From Crocinitomicaceae bacterium (GTDB taxonomy: Bacteria > Bacteroidota > Bacteroidia > Flavobacteriales_D > Crocinitomicaceae), in contig JAJTCM010000004.1 of assembly GCA_021325675.1 (NCBI GenBank), positions 2,794 through 66,793 on the forward strand: a stretch of 64,000 bases of DNA. The letters are read 5' to 3'. The notes beneath the pieces were generated by a model. That model did no database searches. It saw nothing but the letters and a program-made list of their open reading frames with translations, and was not told the origin of the DNA. This document shows positions 18,824 through 26,145 of the stretch, in pieces (within the stretch, counting starts at the first letter, position 1; each line of letters starts with the position of its first letter). A program made the translations under genes and the position numbers.

Positions 18824-19999
18824 ATGACAAATCTGTCAAATTACATTCTCGAAAAACTGGATACGCTCGTTGTAGTCATCAACCCCAACGGCGAAATCGC
18901 ATATATCAACCAATCGGTTAAAAAGCTATTGGGCTACGAACCGATCAAGCTGATCGGGCTTTCCTGGAGCACGAAAGTGAAAAACCGGGAAGCGCTGAGC
19001 TACGACATTAAAAAATCAACGCTTTCCCTGCTGCGGCAGAAAAAAGAGCAGCTGCCCCTTTCGAGCTTTGCCTCAGAGCAGGTGATCGTGGACGCTTTCG
19101 GGATTGAAAAATACATTTTGTGGAACTTATCGCTCGGCCCGGAAAACGAGCTGATCGGGATCGGGCAGGACATTTCTGAGATTAAGAGGAATGAAAACCA
19201 GCTTGTGCTCAACAACCGGAAATTAAAGGAAAAGAACAACGAAGTGCTGGACAGTATCGCTTATTCCCAGCGGATCCAGAAAGCGATTTTGCCCGACCAG
19301 GAACGGATCAGATCACTGTTTAGTGAAGCCTTCGTTTTGTATAAGCCGAAAGACATTGTCAGCGGCGATTTTTACTGGGTGCACGAGCAGAACGGCAAAA
19401 TTTTCGTAGCCGGTATTGATTGCACAGGCCACGGCGTACCCGGCGCTTTAATGACCGTGCTCGCCAATTCCCTCCTGCGGAACATCGTGCGCCAGAATCT
19501 CGAAGATCCGGCGGAAATACTGCAAAAACTGGATGAATACCTTTTCGAAGAGCTGAACAACAACGGGAGTGAGCAAACGCCCGACGGAATGGATATTGCG
19601 TTGTGCGTGATTGACCGGGAAACTAAAAAATTGACTTATTCCGGGGCTTTCCGGTCTTTGGTTTTAATCCGCGACGGGGAATTTATTGAATTTAAAGGCG
19701 CGCGTTACCCGATCGGTTTTTACAAGGATATCGAAAAAGAGTTCATTTCTACGGAGGTTGATGTGCAGGAAAACGACGCTTTTTACGTGTTTTCGGATGG
19801 TTTCGTAGACCAGTTCGGCGGTGAAGAAGTGGAACGCGGCGGTAAGAAATTCAACAAGAAAAACTTCCGCAAATTGCTGCTCGAAGTGCAGTCTTTTTCA
19901 CTCGAAGAACAGGAAGGCTATCTCGAATACGTTTTCCGGAACTGGAAACAGCATTTGCCGCAAACGGACGATGTACTGGTGATGGGGTTCAGGGTGTGA
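18824..19999 (+). CDS. PAS-domain PP2C/SpoIIE-family protein phosphatase
   Basis: N-terminal PAS-like segment, then a SpoIIE/PP2C core (SGDFYW, IDCTGHGVPGA, DGMD, SDGFVDQ). Confidence 0.8.
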   Translation: MTNLSNYILEKLDTLVVVINPNGEIAYINQSVKKLLGYEPIKLIGLSWSTKVKNREALSYDIKKSTLSLLRQKKEQLPLSSFASEQVIVDAFGIEKYILWNLSLGPENELIGIGQDISEIKRNENQLVLNNRKLKEKNNEVLDSIAYSQRIQKAILPDQERIRSLFSEAFVLYKPKDIVSGDFYWVHEQNGKIFVAGIDCTGHGVPGALMTVLANSLLRNIVRQNLEDPAEILQKLDEYLFEELNNNGSEQTPDGMDIALCVIDRETKKLTYSGAFRSLVLIRDGEFIEFKGARYPIGFYKDIEKEFISTEVDVQENDAFYVFSDGFVDQFGGEEVERGGKKFNKKNFRKLLLEVQSFSLEEQEGYLEYVFRNWKQHLPQTDDVLVMGFRV

Positions 20000-20005
20000 G
20001 CTTTG

Positions 20006-20036
20006 GAATGATGAATTATGAATGTTGAATGTGAGC
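20006..20036. repeat. family-2 C-free heptad repeat
   Basis: TGATGAA TTATGAA TGTTGAA TGTGAGC starting 7 nt after the PAS-PP2C stop. The 22-mer at 20007-20028 is identical to 26017-26038. Confidence 0.85.
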
Positions 20037-20140
20037 CAGGGGACGGCTACCGTTTTCCCTTAGAAGGTGACCAGCTGAGAACTTGTTAATTGTCACCTCC
20101 CGGTCTCAGGGGGGAGAGGTGAAATTTCCGACCAAATAAT

Positions 20141-20722
20141 TTATCTGGGGGACAATTCCGAAATCAATTCCAATATCTGCGGCAGCACCCGGGAATCATT
20201 GTTGTTTTCGATGATTTTGGGGCCAAACTCAATTTTCTCTTCGTCCGAAAGCTGGCTTTTCATGCGGGCGAGCACGTCTTCGCGGCTCACGTTGTCGCGT
20301 TTCATCACGCGTTCGATGCGTGTTTCCATATCAGCGGTGACGAGCCAAACCTGGTCAAAACGTTTGTATGAACCGGTTTCAAACAGGAGCGCGGATTCAT
20401 TGAAGACAATAGGGGAATTTTGCTGCTTCTTCCAGGCGTCGTAGGATTGAAAAACGGTCGGGTGGACGAGCGCGTTGAGCTTTTCGCGGAGCTCAGGCTT
20501 GGAAAAAACCTGGGAGGAGAGATAATTGCGGTTCAATTGCTTGTCGATGTAGGCTTTTTCCCCGAAAGTTTTTACGATCGCATTGATGAGGTCGAGGTTT
20601 TCGAGCATATTTTGCTTGGCTGACTCATCGGCATAAAAAACGGGATAAGCGAGGTGTTCAAGTACTTTGCAAACCAACGATTTGCCTGATCCGATACCCC
20701 CGGTTATCCCGATTGAAAACAT
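20141..20722 (-). CDS. coaE: dephospho-CoA kinase
   Basis: GITGGIGSGKS P-loop at the N-terminus, with family-typical length and motifs. Confidence 0.9.
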   Translation of the reverse strand: MFSIGITGGIGSGKSLVCKVLEHLAYPVFYADESAKQNMLENLDLINAIVKTFGEKAYIDKQLNRNYLSSQVFSKPELREKLNALVHPTVFQSYDAWKKQQNSPIVFNESALLFETGSYKRFDQVWLVTADMETRIERVMKRDNVSREDVLARMKSQLSDEEKIEFGPKIIENNNDSRVLPQILELISELSPR

Positions 20723-20729
20723 TCTTTTT

Positions 20730-20795
20730 GAATGGAGAACGAAGAATGGAAAATTGAAAATGAAATTAATTCTACATTCTCAATTCTCCACTTTC
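20730..20795. repeat. family-4 repeat forming an imperfect hairpin
   Basis: GAATGGAGAAC GAAGAATGGAAAATTGAAAATGAA ... TACATTCTCAATTCTCCACTTTC. Arms 20748-20764 / 20773-20789. Confidence 0.8.
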
Positions 20796-20802
20796 AATTC
20801 TA

Positions 20803-21186
20803 TTAAATTTCTTCTACTTCGATAATTTTGAATGGCAGGGAAATGATTGCCTGGTAATCTTCACCGGCTTCTTCCATATCCTCATCGTCTTCTTCAAAAT
20901 ACCAGTTGATGCTTACTTCAGTTCCTTTTCCGTTGATGCCTTCCAGTTTTTTGAACAAATCCAGGATGCATTTGGAGGATGAAGTGTTGAAATATTCTAA
21001 TTTGATGTCGACAACAGTTTGTGCTTTCGGTGAGTTACCGTAGCTGTCGATCCAATCGTTCAACGGTTTATAAAATTCCACGGAATTTTCAGGAATTGAA
21101 CGCCCTTTGAGCTCTAATTTTCCTTCGTTTGAGTTAAAAGTTACCGACGGTGTTTTGGCTGATCCTTCTAAAATTAAATTTTCCAT
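20803..21186 (-). CDS. DUF1987 / SiaC-family regulatory phosphoprotein
   Basis: 127 aa with an N-terminus typical of DUF1987 (LEGSAKTPSVTF...GKLELKGRSIPEN...FYKPL..W). Directly downstream of the SiaB-like gene. Confidence 0.7.
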   Translation of the reverse strand: MENLILEGSAKTPSVTFNSNEGKLELKGRSIPENSVEFYKPLNDWIDSYGNSPKAQTVVDIKLEYFNTSSSKCILDLFKKLEGINGKGTEVSINWYFEEDDEDMEEAGEDYQAIISLPFKIIEVEEI

Positions 21187-21202
21187 GTGTCTCTATATAT
21201 TG

Positions 21203-21763
21203 TTAATCTATTTTTACATTCAGACAGAAGAAGCTGGTTGTTTCGTTCACGTCCAGGAGTTGATATTCTAATTTGTTTCCTGATTTACGGGCGATATCGA
21301 TCATTCCCAGTCCGGCGGTTCCTTTTTCAGATAAATTTCCGTTATTGAGCACTTCCTGGTAATAGGTTTTGAGCTCGTCCTTATCCATCGCGTTGATTTT
21401 ATCCAGTTTAGAGCTCAGTTCATGGGCACTTTCTTTATCCACGTAGTTGCCCGTGCGGATCTGGAAATAATCACCTTCTTTGGCGATCAGGAATAAAGCG
21501 GATTTTTGTTCGATGATCCTGCGCTGTTCAGCGGCATTTTCATCATTGACATCAATGTGGTGGTATAAGTTCTGCAGGCATTCCACCAAAACGTTGAAGA
21601 CTTTCTTCTTGGTTTTCGGTGATTCCTCCATGTAGTCCATCTTCGTTTCCATGATTTGCAGCACAGACGTAAGTAAATCTGAAGTGACAACACCTTTGAA
21701 TGAAAGCAGGATATTCTCCTGTTCCATCGTTTTGTATAAATTGTAAATGTTACCCAACTCCAT
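21203..21763 (-). CDS. SiaB-family (DUF6272, HATPase-like) protein kinase
   Basis: 186 aa. N-terminal ILLSFKG.V..DLL motif and C-terminal GTAGLGMIDIARKSG ATP-lid-like motif. Paired with the DUF1987 gene. Confidence 0.65.
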   Translation of the reverse strand: MELGNIYNLYKTMEQENILLSFKGVVTSDLLTSVLQIMETKMDYMEESPKTKKKVFNVLVECLQNLYHHIDVNDENAAEQRRIIEQKSALFLIAKEGDYFQIRTGNYVDKESAHELSSKLDKINAMDKDELKTYYQEVLNNGNLSEKGTAGLGMIDIARKSGNKLEYQLLDVNETTSFFCLNVKID

Positions 21764-21784
21764 TATTTTCCTTCAGATGACTGA

Positions 21785-21792
21785 CAAATATA
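21785..21792 (-). promoter_or_regulatory. -7 box TATATTTG
   Basis: 21 nt upstream of the SiaB-like ATG (21763). Confidence 0.55.
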
Positions 21793-21896
21793 TAAAATTG
21801 TCGATACATAATACTGATTCATAGAAAAAAAGTTTCATTTTTTTGATATTTGCGAAAGTTTTGGCATAAGTGCATTTGAAATGTGTCTTAAAATTG

Positions 21897-21904
21897 TATT
21901 TTTG
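21897..21904 (+). promoter_or_regulatory. -7 box TATTTTTG
   Basis: 9 nt upstream of the methyltransferase ATG at 21914. Confidence 0.45.
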
Positions 21905-21913
21905 CCTTTGCTC

Positions 21914-22663
21914 ATGAAGGAAAGTAACACAACGCCCCAAAACTGGTTTGAAAGTTGGTTCGATTCACCGTATTATCACCTGCTTTATTCCAACCGCGAT
22001 TATTCCGAAGCCGAATTTTTTATCGGTAACCTGGTAACAAAACTCAGGCTTAAGGCCGGTGCCCCCGTGCTTGACCTGGCTTGCGGCAAAGGAAGGCATG
22101 CTTTTTCTTTGAGCGGCTACGACCTCGATGTGCTGGGCCTGGATTTATCCCCGAACAGCATTTCAGAAGCCCGGAAATTAACACACGACAGCCTGCATTT
22201 TGATGTGCACGACATGCGTGAAGTTTACCCGGGACGCCAGTTTGACGTTGTTTTCAACCTGTTTACAAGCTTTGGCTATTTTGACGATTCCGCCGAAAAC
22301 CTGAAAGTGCTGAAATCGGTTCACCAGATGCTGCTTCCGGCCGGAAAACTGGTTATTGATTTTATGAATGCCGCGAAAGTGGTGCGCGACCTCGTTGAAC
22401 AGGAAGTCAAAACCGTAGAGGGTGTTGATTTTCACATCGCGCGAGAATACGACGGCAAGCACATATTCAAGCACATCCGCTTCCATGCCGAAGGACAGGA
22501 TTTTCATTTTACCGAAAGGGTACAGGCGCTGAAACCGGAAGATTTTAAAGCTTTGCTGGAAGACGCCGGCTTTGAGCTGGTGAATACGTACGGCAATTAC
22601 GCCCTCGATGCTTTTGACATCTCAGCTTCACCGCGTTTAATTTTAGAGGCACAAAAAAGATGA
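21914..22663 (+). CDS. class I SAM-dependent methyltransferase
   Basis: VLDLACGKGRH motif I. Start moved to the ATG at 21914 because a -7 box at 21897-21904 lies inside the longer ORF. Confidence 0.8.
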   Translation: MKESNTTPQNWFESWFDSPYYHLLYSNRDYSEAEFFIGNLVTKLRLKAGAPVLDLACGKGRHAFSLSGYDLDVLGLDLSPNSISEARKLTHDSLHFDVHDMREVYPGRQFDVVFNLFTSFGYFDDSAENLKVLKSVHQMLLPAGKLVIDFMNAAKVVRDLVEQEVKTVEGVDFHIAREYDGKHIFKHIRFHAEGQDFHFTERVQALKPEDFKALLEDAGFELVNTYGNYALDAFDISASPRLILEAQKR

Positions 22664-23391
22664 GTATTTTAAGCCAGTTCCTCTTACTGATTGCTGCGGT
22701 TGTTGCAGGCGGGTTGATTGTTGATTTTCTCAATTCTTTCAATCAAAAGAAGATCATTAAAATGCTGCTGGCCTTCAGCGGCGGGTTTTTGCTGGCAATC
22801 GCCTTCGTTCATTTTTTGCCGGAATTGTACCACGACCACACGGAAAAAATCGGGATTTACGTACTTATTGGTTTCCTTGTACAGCTTTTCCTGGAGTATT
22901 TTTCAGGAGGAATCGAGCATGGCCACGTACATTTGCACAAAGAGCACAGCTTTCCCTGGGCCTTATTTTTGTCCCTGTCTGTTCATTCGCTCATCGAAGG
23001 GATCCCCCTGGCTTTGCCGGAAAGCATACACGCCGGGCATCACCATGCCCAGGGATCGGGAATGTCATTGCTGATGGGGATTTTGTTCCACCAGGTTCCG
23101 GTTGCCATCGCACTCATGACGCTGCTGCGGAAAAGTAATTATTCGACGCTCAAATCCTGGACGATTTTACTGATTTTCGGGATCATGACCCCAACAGGCT
23201 TGCTGCTCGGTTATTTCACCAACGGCAAGATCGATTTTATCAATATGAATTACCTGCTGGCGATTGTGATGGGGATGTTCCTGCATATTTCAACAACAAT
23301 CATCTTCGAAACCAGCGAAAACCACAAGTTCAACCTGATGAAGCTTACGAGTATTTTGGTTGGGGTGCTGCTGGCGTTTTTTATCCATTGA
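22660..23391 (+). CDS. ZIP-family metal transporter
   Basis: Multi-pass membrane protein with His-rich loops and HSLIEGIPLA / FHQVPVAIAL motifs. ATGA overlap with the upstream gene. Confidence 0.8.
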   Translation: MSILSQFLLLIAAVVAGGLIVDFLNSFNQKKIIKMLLAFSGGFLLAIAFVHFLPELYHDHTEKIGIYVLIGFLVQLFLEYFSGGIEHGHVHLHKEHSFPWALFLSLSVHSLIEGIPLALPESIHAGHHHAQGSGMSLLMGILFHQVPVAIALMTLLRKSNYSTLKSWTILLIFGIMTPTGLLLGYFTNGKIDFINMNYLLAIVMGMFLHISTTIIFETSENHKFNLMKLTSILVGVLLAFFIH

Positions 23392-23564
23392 TTTTTACCG
23401 TGGATGTGCGCGAATTTCTCTTTGGATAGTAATCTTTAGTGATGGTTTAAACTTTTCTTTCTTTGTTGCCCTTAATCACAAAGGAGCGACCAAGTCAAAC
23501 TCAGTGTTCTTTGCGTTCAAAAACCGGGTGCCCTATGCTTTATAAGCTCTATGTGGTTTCAAAC

Positions 23565-24140
23565 TCACTTCTTCACATATTTCGTCAGGATCACGATTGT
23601 TTGTCCGTTTACCTTTCCTTCAATGTGTTCCGGGTTGTCGTGTACCAGCGAGATGTTGCGAACTGCCGTTCCGCGTTTGGCTGTAAAACCACCGCCTTTG
23701 ACGTTCAGGTCTTTGATCAGCACAACCGTATCACCGCTTTCCAGGCGAACCCCGTTGCTGTCGGTGTGGTATTCCGCTCCTTCGGTTTCTTCTTCTTCCG
23801 CACCCGCTTTGGCCCAGGCAAGGGTTTCTTCGTCGAGGTAAAGCATATCCAGCAAATCCTGCGGCCAGCCTTCCGAACGCAAGCGGTGCAGCATACGCCA
23901 GGCTATTGCCTGCACTGCAGGGATTTCGCTCCACATACTGTCGTTGAGACAGCGCCAGTGATTGGGATCAACTGATTCCGGGTTTTCAATTTGAGATTGA
24001 CAGCTTTCGCAGATGAAGATATAATCGTCGATCCGGCCGTTGTGCTGTTTCGGGGCAACTTCATAGCTTTTCAGCCCGCTTTGCGCGGAACATAATTCAC
24101 ACTGAGATTTGCTGCGTTGGGTGAGTTCTTTTTCGTACAT
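23565..24140 (-). CDS. phnA: PhnA-domain protein (zinc-ribbon plus PhnA C-terminal domain)
   Basis: CELC...CESC zinc ribbon and a C-terminal GD.V..IKDL.VKG....KRGT.V..I......H.I.....G PhnA signature. Confidence 0.8.
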   Translation of the reverse strand: MYEKELTQRSKSQCELCSAQSGLKSYEVAPKQHNGRIDDYIFICESCQSQIENPESVDPNHWRCLNDSMWSEIPAVQAIAWRMLHRLRSEGWPQDLLDMLYLDEETLAWAKAGAEEEETEGAEYHTDSNGVRLESGDTVVLIKDLNVKGGGFTAKRGTAVRNISLVHDNPEHIEGKVNGQTIVILTKYVKK

Positions 24141-24204
24141 TTTTTAATGTGATAATTTGTTAATGAATTATGAGTGATGAACGTTGAATCTTCGAATTAA
24201 TCAT
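24141..24204. repeat. composite spacer: family-1 unit, family-2 heptads, family-3 unit
   Basis: TAATGTGATAA (24145-24155); heptads TAATGAA TTATGAG TGATGAA CGTTGAA (24161-24188); GAATCTTCGAA (24186-24196). Confidence 0.85.
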
Positions 24205-24798
24205 TCAATTCTCATTGAACTGAAAATACAAAATCGATCTCCACGTGTCGAGCCCCATTTTTTCTTTCCAGGTGTGCTGCAGATCGAGCATGGTTTTGAA
24301 CAAGTCGCGTACTTTTTCATCCGTCATATGGAACAACTGTTGCGGCTGGATGCCAAAAGCGGTCAGGTTATTTACGTCTTCGCCAACCCATTGGGCGTCT
24401 TCACGCTCCCATTCGTTGGCTTTTTCCATTCCCGGGCCATCAAGGTAATTGCCTTCTTTGTCTGTGTATAAAGCATAAATTTCACCGTTTTCCAGCAGGA
24501 TTTCGTCCGCATCGATGGGGTCGAAGAAAGCTTTCGTTTTAGCAACTTCGGCCACAAATTCTTCGTGATCGGCCATTTCGCCTGTTTGAACGAGAAAATC
24601 CAGCAGGGAATAAAGCGCTTGTTTTCCTTTTTTGAAATCTGCCCTGATGCCAACGTTTTTGTCAAATAAATCCGATTCCGTTGCCCGGTTGTCGTAAGCT
24701 GCGAGCAGCTCGTAAGCATAAGGGATTTTATAGGGGGCTTCGCCGAGGCTAATGTGTTTGCCGTCTTTCAGGGCGTAAATGTAACTTCTGTTTGCCAT
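24205..24798 (-). CDS. hypothetical protein (acidic, cytoplasmic)
   Basis: 197-aa ORF with no signal peptide and no family recognised. Flanked on both sides by repeat-filled spacers. Confidence 0.55.
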   Translation of the reverse strand: MANRSYIYALKDGKHISLGEAPYKIPYAYELLAAYDNRATESDLFDKNVGIRADFKKGKQALYSLLDFLVQTGEMADHEEFVAEVAKTKAFFDPIDADEILLENGEIYALYTDKEGNYLDGPGMEKANEWEREDAQWVGEDVNNLTAFGIQPQQLFHMTDEKVRDLFKTMLDLQHTWKEKMGLDTWRSILYFQFNEN

Positions 24799-24804
24799 GC
24801 TTTT

Positions 24805-24957
24805 TAATGTGCTAATTGGTTAATGTGCGAATATGCTAATTATTTTTTAATGTGTTAATTAAGTAATATGCTAAATTGATTCGAAGATTCGATAAATATT
24901 CAATCTGCATGTAATTATAGTTGCTAGCACATTATCGTTAACCCATCAGTACATTAA
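24805..24957. repeat. family-1 element with an embedded family-3 unit
   Basis: Phased units at 24805-24839 and 24848-24874; GATTCGAAGATTCGA at 24879-24893; inverted CTAGCACATTA at 24924-24934; repeat-like sequence runs into the stop of the FAD oxidoreductase gene. Confidence 0.85.
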
Positions 24958-25990
24958 CCTTAAAACGTTTTAAGCTCACTTCCGGGTGAAGCTCGGTACC
25001 GTCAACGAGAAAGCTGATGAACTCTTTGGATAAAAGAGGTGAGATCAGGTAGCCTTTCGCTCCCAGGCCGTTGTAAATGGATAATTTCGGGTACTGCGGA
25101 TGCCTGCCCAGGATCGGTTTGCGATCAGGGGAAGTCGGACGTACCCCGGCTTCGTGCCTTACGACTTCGTAAGCTGAGTCTGTGATTTTTTGAAAATGGC
25201 CTTCCAGTTCCCGGCGGGCTTCTTCCGTGAGATTAGTGTTTGGCGAATCCCAGCTGTAGGTTGCGCCCACTCTGAAGTGCTGATTTCCAATCGGGAGCAC
25301 AAAACACTTATAGTTATACAGTTCATTTTCAGGAAGAAAGTCGTTTTTAACGGTTAACAACTCGCCTTTGGTGGCCTGAACCGGCAGCAGTGAAAACCAG
25401 GGATTTTGCTGTGCGCGATAACCTTCGCAGAAAATCAGCTCTTCGAATTCCATGCCGTCGTAAGCAGCATTTTCAGGGTCAACTTTATCGTAGTCAAATT
25501 CCTGCACCATTAATTTGCCTTCTTCGCGGAGCTTCTGCTGCCAGCTTCCAATCAGTGTTTTCGTGTCGATCCACCAGCAATCCCGGACTAAGCCAGTGCC
25601 GCAGCGCTGTTTGATTGCTGTAAAATTTTTGTCGGCTTCATCCAGCTGTTTCATATACGGTGAAAATTCCGGCAGGTCTTGTTTTTCCAGCCATAAATCC
25701 AGTTCCTGCTCGTGCGCGAAAGCCCTGCGAATGGAAATTGGACGGAAGATTTCTTTCCCTAAAAACTGCTCAACCCCGGGGTAAAAACGTTTCGCTTCGG
25801 GTAGCAGCTCGGCTACGCGCCAGCTAAGCGACATCCTGCGGAATACGAGCGGGTTGATGATCCCGGCTGCCACCTTGGAGCTTTGGTTGATGCCTGAATC
25901 AATGATTTTATAAGGAATATTCCGTTCTTCCAGCCGCTGGGCGATACTTAATCCGGCGATCCCGGCCCCGACGATGATGTATGGTTTCAT
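24938..25990 (-). CDS. FAD-dependent oxidoreductase (DAO family)
   Basis: N-terminal IIVGAGIAGLS dinucleotide-binding motif and DAO-like length. Confidence 0.75.
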   Translation of the reverse strand: MKPYIIVGAGIAGLSIAQRLEERNIPYKIIDSGINQSSKVAAGIINPLVFRRMSLSWRVAELLPEAKRFYPGVEQFLGKEIFRPISIRRAFAHEQELDLWLEKQDLPEFSPYMKQLDEADKNFTAIKQRCGTGLVRDCWWIDTKTLIGSWQQKLREEGKLMVQEFDYDKVDPENAAYDGMEFEELIFCEGYRAQQNPWFSLLPVQATKGELLTVKNDFLPENELYNYKCFVLPIGNQHFRVGATYSWDSPNTNLTEEARRELEGHFQKITDSAYEVVRHEAGVRPTSPDRKPILGRHPQYPKLSIYNGLGAKGYLISPLLSKEFISFLVDGTELHPEVSLKRFKVNVLMG

Positions 25991-25995
25991 TTTTT

Positions 25996-26046
25996 TAATG
26001 TGATAATATGCTAATTAATGATGAATTATGAATGTTGAGTGATGAA
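25996..26046. repeat. family-1 units followed by family-2 heptads
   Basis: TAATGTGATAA and TAATATGCTAA (25996-26014), then TGATGAA TTATGAA TGTTGAG TGATGAA (26019-26046). Confidence 0.85.
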
Positions 26047-26112
26047 CCGCTTCTGCCCATAATTTAAGGGTAGTGAATATAATGCGAAAAACTGTCCTCC
26101 AAAAGGGTGTCG

Positions 26113-26145
26113 TTTCCGTTTTCCATTCTCCACTTTTCCATTCTA
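26113..26145. repeat. family-4 heptads (TTTCCAT/TCTCCAC type)
   Basis: TTTCCGT TTTCCAT TCTCCAC TTTTCCA TTCTA, ending at the comF stop. Complement of the GAATGGAGAA units at 20730. Confidence 0.7.
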
